Source of the DNA: Candidatus Woesearchaeota archaeon
Lineage (GTDB): Archaea; Nanobdellota; Nanobdellia; Pacearchaeales; GW2011-AR1
Length of the DNA: 43,482 nt
Assembly: GCA_964470085.1 (NCBI GenBank)
Contig: CAYXZJ010000003.1
Location: 1 to 43,482, forward strand
Direction of reading: 5' to 3'
Under the pieces are notes generated by a model. It did no database searches and had not been told where the DNA came from. It saw only the letters and a program-made list of their open reading frames with translations. Below are positions 7,448-14,936 of the stretch, one piece after another. The position numbers were made by a program, and so were the translations under genes. Position 1 is the stretch's first letter. Each line of letters starts with the position of its first letter.

Positions 7448-8958
7448 TTTATCATCTTTTTAATTTGTTTATTTAATTCATCAGCAAAAAATGGTCTTCC
7501 ATCATATTTCAAAATTTTATCTTTTATTTCGATACCTATTTTTTGTTTAATAAGAGAACCTAATTGCGCAGTTGCATTATTTTCTATCAAAACTACCTTT
7601 GATGCTTTTTTAATTTCTTGTTCTATTTCTTTAGAAAAAGGAGATAGATAAATAATTTGTAGAAACTTAGCATCAATATCTCTAATTGAATCCTTTATTG
7701 CTCCTTTAGTAGAACCCCAACCAATAATCAAATTTTTAGATTTTTTTCTTCCATATGTTTTATACATAACTAATTTAGAAACATCTAACTCGATATTTTT
7801 TATTTTACCTAATCTAGAGTTAACGTTGTTTATAGTAATTAACGAATCTTCGGTCGAATTTTTATTTATATTCATCTCATAACTCGAAGCTTTAACAATT
7901 TTAGATCCAGGTATACTTCTAGAAATCTTTATTGGTGTAAGTTTATGATCTATTTTATTCTCAGAATATTCTCCTTCCGCTAAATGTTTATCTGATAATA
8001 AAATAGATAATACACCATACTTTTCTGATAACATCAATAATTCATTTGTTTTTTCAATCGCCTCTATTGGATCACCTGGTGCACAAACAACTCTAGCAAA
8101 TTCCCCATGACCTGCATATAATGCAACGTTTAAGTCGGACTGAGAAGTATACGTAGGAACTCCTGTAGCAGGTCCAGGTCTAGATGCTAAATAAACAGTT
8201 AATGGAATTTCACTTATTCCCTGCAAACTAAAAGCTTCGGTCATTAAATCAAATCCACCACCACTTGTTCCAATCATTGTTAATTTGCCAGCAAAACTTG
8301 TTCCAAGAGCCATATTCGCAACAGCAATCTCATTTTCCGCTTGAAAAACCTTTAATGATTCGTTTTGTATTTTTGCAATTTCATTTAAAACTCCAGTTGC
8401 CGGAGTCATTGGGTAACTAATAAAAAAGTTTAAGTTAGATTTTTTAGCACCAATTGCAACGGCTTCACTTCCAGACATTATAGTCAATTTATTCTTTAAT
8501 TTCTTTAAATTAAATTTGGTTTCTTCTGAATCATATCCCATTAATACAGCCTCATTTGCCTCTTTAGAATTAAAGTGTTTTTTTACGATTTGTACTAAAA
8601 TATCTTTAGAAATCCCAAAAATCTTTGTAATTTTTCCACATAAAATCAAATTAAGGTTTTTATTGGTATAATTAGTCTCATCCTTTAATATTAATCCACC
8701 TCTTTTTAACTGTCCACGATGCAAAATTTCTGTATGATTGTCCAGCGCTACAATAATATCAACAAAAAAATCAGTACTTGCAGTTTCAGTATCAGAAAAA
8801 TTCAAAACATTAAAATTATGTCCACCACGAACTAAACTTTGATAATCTCTATAATTGAATGTAAAATATCCATAACTTGTCAAAATTTCTGACATTATCT
8901 GCGACACTTTATTTATTCCTTGTCCAGCAGAACCACCAATAAGAATATTATACCTCAT
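7444..8958 (-). CDS. 2-oxoacid:ferredoxin oxidoreductase, fused gamma-alpha subunit
   Basis: The N-terminus MRYNILIGGSAGQGINKVSQI...RGGHNF is the gamma domain. GSEAVAIGAKKSNLNFFISYPMTPATGVLNE is the alpha domain. I place the start at the ATG at 8958, preceded by GAGGTGAAA. The track start at 8964 is a GTG inside the SD. Confidence 0.9.
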   Translation of the reverse strand: MRYNILIGGSAGQGINKVSQIMSEILTSYGYFTFNYRDYQSLVRGGHNFNVLNFSDTETASTDFFVDIIVALDNHTEILHRGQLKRGGLILKDETNYTNKNLNLILCGKITKIFGISKDILVQIVKKHFNSKEANEAVLMGYDSEETKFNLKKLKNKLTIMSGSEAVAIGAKKSNLNFFISYPMTPATGVLNEIAKIQNESLKVFQAENEIAVANMALGTSFAGKLTMIGTSGGGFDLMTEAFSLQGISEIPLTVYLASRPGPATGVPTYTSQSDLNVALYAGHGEFARVVCAPGDPIEAIEKTNELLMLSEKYGVLSILLSDKHLAEGEYSENKIDHKLTPIKISRSIPGSKIVKASSYEMNINKNSTEDSLITINNVNSRLGKIKNIELDVSKLVMYKTYGRKKSKNLIIGWGSTKGAIKDSIRDIDAKFLQIIYLSPFSKEIEQEIKKASKVVLIENNATAQLGSLIKQKIGIEIKDKILKYDGRPFFADELNKQIKKMIK

Positions 8959-8960
8959 TT

Positions 8961-8967
8961 TCACCTC
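8961..8967 (-). promoter_or_regulatory. Shine-Dalgarno (GAGGTGA) of the OFOR operon
   Basis: The minus strand reads GAGGTGAAAATG, the same 12-mer as at 12806..12817 and 25649..25660. Confidence 0.6.
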
Positions 8968-9008
8968 AAAGAGAATAAAACCCTTATTTTATTTAAATCT
9001 TTCTTTAA

Positions 9009-10244
9009 TTAAACAATTCTACTTGTCGCTTTTTTTGGTCCCCAAACACAAGCATCATTACAATCTCTCGGATTTTCTAAACATTTTGGTCTATTATAGA
9101 ATTCAACACCTTTTTCTTTTTTATATTGCTTATATTTTTCAGCTGTCTGAACGGTATTTTTCATTATTTCATATTGAGCCTTACCACAAATTCTTTCTGT
9201 TGTTTTTAATTCAAAAGCTTCAATAGTTCCACTTTCATTTACCTTTACTAATTGAGCCTGCGGGATATCATTTAATGCAATTTTTTCTAAATCAGAAATC
9301 CATTCTTTTTTATTACCAGACTGATTAACAATTTCTGGGACATAAAATCCATATGGAGCTCCAATATTTAATCCATCTGAAATATGATAATTAATTGTTC
9401 TGTGTCTTTGAGCTTGAGCTAATCCAGCAAAACTCATTAAATACGAAGTAGAATAAACATCTCCGAAATATTCTTTGACTTGTCGTGAATTAAATAAAGA
9501 TAATTTTTTGCAAGATTTAGATTCTAAACCATCAATTAAAAATGGAGATAGTTTATAATAAAAATCATCTAACGAATTTTGAATATTAATAGATAGCTCT
9601 AAATCGTCTGGTCCTTTGTAAACTAAGAAAAATGGTTGAGATTGAGAAATTACATTAAGCAAAAAATTAATTTGTCTTAAATTGGCAGTATATGCCATTT
9701 TTGTAGGAGTAAATATACTAGTCATATAACGAGCATTTTCTTGAGCTAATTTTTTTACCGCAATTTCTTTATCATTAACTGCGGGATATATTTTATCAAT
9801 CTCAGGAATTAAAATATCCATCCATTTGTTATACAATTTTAATTGTTCAGAATCAATATCTTTCATTTGTGTATACCTAGCAGATTTTTCACTAGTAACA
9901 TATTGTTTTTCATTATTTAATATCATAGCAGCAATCTTTGGAATATCCTCGATATACAAGTTTAACCAAATATGTTCAAAGACACTATGATGTTTTGATG
10001 GTAAAATTTGTTTGTTGATTAAATCAGATTTGTAATCTTCTTTCACTAAATCATCCCAACCTTTGTTCGAATAACAAATTCTAGCAAAATTTTGAGTAAA
10101 ACATTTTAACGCGTCCTGTTGTGTTTGAAGCTCGTCAAGACTCGTAAATTGTAAAATATTTTGAATACTTCTATATTTTTTTTGAAATTCAGAATCCTCA
10201 TCTGCTGGTACAGGTGAAGAAATTCCCACTAATTGAATTTTCAT
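9009..10244 (-). CDS. thyX: ThyX-like (flavin-dependent thymidylate synthase) protein, apparent tandem two-lobe form
   Basis: The N-lobe has ARICYS, HHSVFEH, TSEKSARYT and AQENARY...NLRQINFLL. The C-lobe has LAQAQRHRTINYHIS and ERICGKAQYEIMK. At 411 aa it is nearly twice the usual ThyX length. Confidence 0.55.
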   Translation of the reverse strand: MKIQLVGISSPVPADEDSEFQKKYRSIQNILQFTSLDELQTQQDALKCFTQNFARICYSNKGWDDLVKEDYKSDLINKQILPSKHHSVFEHIWLNLYIEDIPKIAAMILNNEKQYVTSEKSARYTQMKDIDSEQLKLYNKWMDILIPEIDKIYPAVNDKEIAVKKLAQENARYMTSIFTPTKMAYTANLRQINFLLNVISQSQPFFLVYKGPDDLELSINIQNSLDDFYYKLSPFLIDGLESKSCKKLSLFNSRQVKEYFGDVYSTSYLMSFAGLAQAQRHRTINYHISDGLNIGAPYGFYVPEIVNQSGNKKEWISDLEKIALNDIPQAQLVKVNESGTIEAFELKTTERICGKAQYEIMKNTVQTAEKYKQYKKEKGVEFYNRPKCLENPRDCNDACVWGPKKATSRIV

Positions 10245-10340
10245 AAATAAAAAAAGTAAAAATTAGTCTTAAAGAAATGTATAGTAAAATATCATATAAA
10301 AATTCGTTATCTTTAAATAATATAAAACAAATATACATAT

Positions 10341-10934
10341 ATGGTTACAAGAAAGTGTCCGGCGTGTGCAGAAAAAATTGATAAGAAGTTTAGGTATTGT
10401 CCTTGGTGCGGAGTTGGAATAAAAAACATAAAAGACAAAAAAGATTACGGAATGCTTGGTAAAAGTGATAATATAGATACAAATATGTTCGCTTCTGAAA
10501 TGAAATTACCAATAGATATTAATTCAATATTAAAACAATTAGAAAAAGAAATGGGGAGCATGTCGGATGGACAACCACACAGGTTTAATATAAAAATTCA
10601 AACTGGTGGAATACCAATGCCAGCAAACGTTAGACAACCAGTTATAAAAAAAGAAACAACAAAAATAACACAAGAAGAAGCTGAAAGAAGAAATAAACTC
10701 CCAAAAAAAATTGCAAAGTCAAAAGTAAAAAGATTCTCAGACAACATTGTATACGAAATAGAAGTAGACGAAGTAAAAGAAAAATCTCAGATTAATATAA
10801 TAAAATTGGAAAGTGGATTTGAGATAAGAATATTTGGTAAAGAATATTGCTTTGTAAAAAGTATACCATTAAATATGACACTCGTAGGATATAAAATTTT
10901 AAAAGATAAAGTTTTAGTAGAATTTAAAGAATAA
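10341..10934 (+). CDS. Zinc-ribbon protein with a possible HSP20/alpha-crystallin-like C-terminal domain
   Basis: The N-terminus CPACAEKIDKKFRYCPWCG is a CxxC...CxxC zinc ribbon. The C-terminus IVYEIEVDEVKEKSQINIIKLESGFEIRIFG...SIPLNMTLVGYKILKDKVLVEFKE has an ACD-like pattern. Confidence 0.45.
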   Translation: MVTRKCPACAEKIDKKFRYCPWCGVGIKNIKDKKDYGMLGKSDNIDTNMFASEMKLPIDINSILKQLEKEMGSMSDGQPHRFNIKIQTGGIPMPANVRQPVIKKETTKITQEEAERRNKLPKKIAKSKVKRFSDNIVYEIEVDEVKEKSQINIIKLESGFEIRIFGKEYCFVKSIPLNMTLVGYKILKDKVLVEFKE

Positions 10935-12425
10935 TTATTTTATAGTTTCTAATAATTTTATTACTTTTTCTTGTCCAATTATTAAAATAAACGCAGCAAG
11001 TTTAGGACCTTTTTCTTTCGCAATCAAAGCTCTATAACAAATATCAAAAAAATCTTTATTAGATATTTCTAATTCTTCACAAATTTGGTAAAATTTATTA
11101 AACAAATCTTTTTCGTCATCATATTTTTTTTCTTCAAGAGCTTTTTTCAACATCAATAAAACATTCTTCTCTTTTCCATCAACACTACCAATTTGTTCTT
11201 GTAATGTAAATCTCATATCATCACTAGCAAATTTTTCTAACCAATTTTTTACTCTTTCAGCTCTTATTTTACTTTCTTCATTTAAACCTTGAGTTTTACC
11301 AAGTTGAATTAATGTAGACAAATGTCTAAATCCTTCTCTATTTGGTTTTTTATCCTTAACATTCAAAACAGAAAATTCATACATTCTCTTTTCTTGAGGA
11401 TCTGCCTTTCCACTATAATATTTTTCTTCCAATCTGTCAAAATCTTCATAAATTTTTAAAACATCATTATCAAAACTTATTTGAAATTTAGATTTAGGTT
11501 TTGTACCAACAAATAAATACCTCAAAACATCTGGCTCATAAATCTCTAAAACTTCATCTAACGAAGTAGCATTCCCTTTGGAAGAAGAAAATTCTCCTCC
11601 GTGTTTTATTGCAATCCATTCATAAAATTGATATACTGGTGGTTCAAAACCAAAAACTTCTTTAGAAATCTCTTGAGAAGTTGTGAACGATCCTCCATAA
11701 ACACTATGATCAATTCCCCCCGGTTCAAAATCAACTCCCTCAAATTTCCAACGTAACGGCCAATCTATTCTCCAACGTATACTAATTAATCCTTTTTTTC
11801 GATAATCAAATGTTTCCTCATTACCACAATCACATTTGTAAGTAATATTATATCCATCAATATTCAATATTTTTGTTGAATCTTTTTTACATTTATCACA
11901 ATAAATCATAATCGGCATCCAATCTTTTTCCAATGGCTCTTTTCTAAATTTATTAAGTATAGACACTATTTTTTCTTTATTATCTAATGCTGTTTTTATT
12001 AAATTAGCATATTCACAATTTCTGTTCTTTTTACATTGATAAATAAAATTAGTTTCTATTCCTATTTTTTTTAATGATTCTTCAAATTTCTTTTCATTAT
12101 ATTCAGCATAAGTCATTTTAGAATCAAAAGGTGATGGAATATCACTTATAGGCATACCTAAATATTTAGAATAGTCAGGATTTACTCCAATTGGAACCTT
12201 TCTAAATCTATCAAAATCATCCCAAGAATAAATAAAACGAACTTTTTTCCCTTTATCTCTGAGAGCTTTAACTACCATAAATGTTGTTATTACCTCTCTA
12301 AAATTACCTATATGAACCTGACCAGACGGTGTGATTCCAGAGGCACAAACATATACATCTTTCTCTCCTTTCTCTGCAATTACCTTTTCAGCAATAGCAT
12401 CTGCCCAAAAAAATTTTTCAACCAT
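10935..12425 (-). CDS. lysK: Lysyl-tRNA synthetase, class I (archaeal type)
   Basis: VCASGITPSGQVHIGNFREV carries the HIGN class I signature. Length and overall pattern match class I LysRS. Confidence 0.9.
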   Translation of the reverse strand: MVEKFFWADAIAEKVIAEKGEKDVYVCASGITPSGQVHIGNFREVITTFMVVKALRDKGKKVRFIYSWDDFDRFRKVPIGVNPDYSKYLGMPISDIPSPFDSKMTYAEYNEKKFEESLKKIGIETNFIYQCKKNRNCEYANLIKTALDNKEKIVSILNKFRKEPLEKDWMPIMIYCDKCKKDSTKILNIDGYNITYKCDCGNEETFDYRKKGLISIRWRIDWPLRWKFEGVDFEPGGIDHSVYGGSFTTSQEISKEVFGFEPPVYQFYEWIAIKHGGEFSSSKGNATSLDEVLEIYEPDVLRYLFVGTKPKSKFQISFDNDVLKIYEDFDRLEEKYYSGKADPQEKRMYEFSVLNVKDKKPNREGFRHLSTLIQLGKTQGLNEESKIRAERVKNWLEKFASDDMRFTLQEQIGSVDGKEKNVLLMLKKALEEKKYDDEKDLFNKFYQICEELEISNKDFFDICYRALIAKEKGPKLAAFILIIGQEKVIKLLETIK

Positions 12426-12449
12426 TTTTTTTATAGTATTTATCAGTAT

Positions 12450-12734
12450 TTAAAATTTTAGAATCTTAAATTCTTTAAATTCTCCACTCCATTTTTTGTT
12501 TTCAAAAGTAATATTTCTAATTTGTGCATGTTTAGGCCCCTTTTTTATAATTTCTAAAAATGGATTTATATTAAAATCATCTCCCTCAACTAAAATCTCA
12601 GCATTCCCATTTTCTAAATTTCTAAAATAACCACTTAATCCATTTTTAGTGGCATTTTCTTTAACAAACTGACTATAAAAAATACTTTGAACAGTTCCTT
12701 GAATTGTTATTTTACAAGCGGATTTCATAATCAA
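12450..12734 (-). CDS. Acylphosphatase-like protein
   Basis: 94 aa. ITIQGTVQSIFYSQFV...GLSGYFRNLENGNAEILVEG follows the AcyP pattern (V.G.VQGV.FR ... G.V.N...G.VE), but the conserved Arg of the phosphate loop is missing. Confidence 0.6.
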   Translation of the reverse strand: MIMKSACKITIQGTVQSIFYSQFVKENATKNGLSGYFRNLENGNAEILVEGDDFNINPFLEIIKKGPKHAQIRNITFENKKWSGEFKEFKILKF

Positions 12735-12805
12735 ATATATTCAACTTTGTTTTTATATCTTTTTATTAAAGAAACATTTAAATAAAGAAAACAACTATTT
12801 CTTTC

Positions 12806-12812
12806 GAGGTGA
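12806..12812 (+). promoter_or_regulatory. Shine-Dalgarno (GAGGTGA) of the RuBisCO gene
   Basis: gaggtgaaaATG. The track start at 12809 is a GTG inside this SD. Confidence 0.6.
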
Positions 12813-12814
12813 AA

Positions 12815-14233
12815 ATGGAAGATAGATTTCTAAAAACATTAAATTCTCATCAAAAAGCGTATATTAATTTAGAATTAAAAGATCCAAAAAATGGCGAATA
12901 TATGCTTGGAGTTTATCATTTAGTACCAAATAACGATTATAATATGTTACAAGCAGCAGCCGAAGTCGCAGCCGAATCATCTACTGGAACAAATTTCGCC
13001 GTAAAAACAGAAACCGCATTTTCTAGAACAATGAATGCATTAGTTTACCAGATTGATTATAAGAAGAATTTAGCTTGGATTGCATTTCCTTGGAGACTTT
13101 TTGACAGAGGTGGAAACGTACAAAATATCTTAACATATGTTGTTGGAAATATTCTAGGAATGAAACAAGTTAAAGCGCTAAAATTATTAGATGTTTGGTT
13201 TCCAAGTTCAATGTTGGAACAATATGACGGACCAAGTTATACGTTAGATGATATGAGAAAATATTTGGGAGTTAAAGGACGACCAATATTAGGAACAATA
13301 ATAAAACCTAAAATGGGACTAACAAGTGCAGAATATGCAGAAGCTTGCTACGATTTCTGGGTCGGTGGCGGAGATTTTGTCAAAAATGACGAACCGCAAG
13401 CAAATCAAGATTTTTGTCCATATGATAAAATGGTACAAAACGTAAAAGAAGCAATGGACAAGGCAGTCAAAGAAACTGGAAAGAAAAAAATCCACTCATT
13501 TAATGTTTCATCAGCAGATTTTGATACAATGATTCAAAGATGTGAAATGATAAAAAACGCAGGATTCGAAAAAGGAAGTTATGCTTTTTTGATTGATGGT
13601 TTAACTGCTGGTTGGATGGCAGTTCAAACACTAAGAAGAAGATATCCCGATGTATTTATTCACTTTCATAGAGCTTCTCATGGAGCATTTACAAGAGAAG
13701 AAAATCCTATTGGAATGTCTGTTTTAGTTTTATCAAAATTCGCAAGATTAGCCGGTGCGTCAGGAATTCATACAGGGACTGCGGGAGTTGGAAAAATGGC
13801 TGGAAGTAAAGAAGAAGATAAAGTTTCAGCATTAAGTATTTCAAAATTCAAACAAAAAGGACATTTTTTTGACCAAAGTTGGTCGAAAATAAACGAAAAA
13901 GATAAAGACATTATTAATTTAACAAAAAAAGATATTGCTAATCATTTAGTTCTGGAAGATGATTCTTGGAGAGGAATGAAAAAATGTACACCAATAATAT
14001 CGGGAGGATTAAATCCAACACTACTAAAACCATTTATTGACGTTATGGGAAATGTAGATTTTATAACAACAATGGGAGCTGGCTGCCACGCTCATCCCGA
14101 TGGAACAACGGCAGGAGCAAAAGCTCTAGTTCAAGCATGTGAAGCTTATAAGAAAAAAATAACCATAAAAGAATATGCAAAAACACATAAAGAATTAGCA
14201 AAAGCAATTAAGTTTTTTTCTCAAAAACAATAA
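12815..14233 (+). CDS. rbcL: RuBisCO large subunit, form II/III type
   Basis: GTIIKPKMGLT, GGGDFVKNDEPQ (carbamylated Lys motif), HFHRASHGAF, GIHTGTAGVGKMAG, WRGMKKCTPIISGGLNP (close to the form II block WGGMKACTPIISGGMN), MGAGCHAHPDG and EYAKTHKELAKAIKFF. Confidence 0.92.
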   Translation: MEDRFLKTLNSHQKAYINLELKDPKNGEYMLGVYHLVPNNDYNMLQAAAEVAAESSTGTNFAVKTETAFSRTMNALVYQIDYKKNLAWIAFPWRLFDRGGNVQNILTYVVGNILGMKQVKALKLLDVWFPSSMLEQYDGPSYTLDDMRKYLGVKGRPILGTIIKPKMGLTSAEYAEACYDFWVGGGDFVKNDEPQANQDFCPYDKMVQNVKEAMDKAVKETGKKKIHSFNVSSADFDTMIQRCEMIKNAGFEKGSYAFLIDGLTAGWMAVQTLRRRYPDVFIHFHRASHGAFTREENPIGMSVLVLSKFARLAGASGIHTGTAGVGKMAGSKEEDKVSALSISKFKQKGHFFDQSWSKINEKDKDIINLTKKDIANHLVLEDDSWRGMKKCTPIISGGLNPTLLKPFIDVMGNVDFITTMGAGCHAHPDGTTAGAKALVQACEAYKKKITIKEYAKTHKELAKAIKFFSQKQ

Positions 14234-14278
14234 TATTGTATTAATTACATTTTTATATATTAATAATTAAAATACATT

Positions 14279-14869
14279 ATGAGAGAATATATTTACTATT
14301 CTAAAAACGCTGTAACCGCCGGGAATTTTATAAAAGATGATTTGAAAGCCGCAGGTAGAATGGATATTGTTTGTAACGTCATAATTTCCGCATTTTTTAT
14401 ATCAAACGAAATGAGAGACGATGTAATACTTCACCTAATTTTTGAAGGTCAACCAAATCCGCCAAGACATTTAGTTTTGAAATCAGACAAAGATATGCCA
14501 ATTTCTAAAAAAGACGTTGCTGGATTAATAAAAAAAATGTTATATAAATCCCCAGACCACGAAGGACTAAAAGAAATATGCCCAGGATGTTCAATTGAAA
14601 AAAAATCATTTGAAAAACTAATTGCAGATTTAGATAAAGAAGGAAAAAATATATTTTTATTAGATGAACGAGGAAAGGATATCAGAGATTTAGAGATGAA
14701 AGGAAATGAAGTATACGTAATAGGCGACCAAGATGGTTTCCCAACAGACAAAAGAAAGTTTCTAAAGACCATCGACAAAATTTCGGTATCTCCAAAAACA
14801 CTATTTGCCTCCCAAGTTTTTACAATAATTCATAATGAAATTGACAGAAATTTAAGGAAATCTATATAA
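14279..14869 (+). CDS. trmY: tRNA (pseudouridine54-N1)-methyltransferase TrmY (SPOUT, DUF358)
   Basis: MREYIYYSKNAVTAGNF...AGRMDIVCNVIISAFFISNEMRDDVILHLIFEGQPNPP...VIGDQDGF...ISVSPKTLFASQVFTIIHNEIDR closely parallels M. jannaschii TrmY as I recall it. Confidence 0.85.
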   Translation: MREYIYYSKNAVTAGNFIKDDLKAAGRMDIVCNVIISAFFISNEMRDDVILHLIFEGQPNPPRHLVLKSDKDMPISKKDVAGLIKKMLYKSPDHEGLKEICPGCSIEKKSFEKLIADLDKEGKNIFLLDERGKDIRDLEMKGNEVYVIGDQDGFPTDKRKFLKTIDKISVSPKTLFASQVFTIIHNEIDRNLRKSI

Positions 14870-14936
14870 ATAACTTATATCCTAACATATTATGTCTCAA
14901 AATGGACAAAAATTAAGTGAAAAGGGGTTAAATAAA

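Noticed and set aside
12809-12814. GTG starts proposed by the ORF track at 12809, 25652, 8964 (minus strand) and 26103
   Set aside because: In each case the GTG is part of the GAGGTG Shine-Dalgarno (GTGAGGT at 26103), and an ATG follows at canonical spacing. The ATG starts were used instead.
14449-14778. 109-aa minus-strand ORF. Similar antisense ORFs are at 4134..4421, 5536..5727, 5923..6114, 6849..7052, 9023..9226, 16475..16675, 23513..23713, 29515..29799, 36124..36351, 38452..38643, 38921..39166, 40058..40258, 41631..41882, 42794..43033 and 43002..43211.
   Set aside because: Each overlaps a longer ORF on the other strand that has recognisable family motifs or better coding features.
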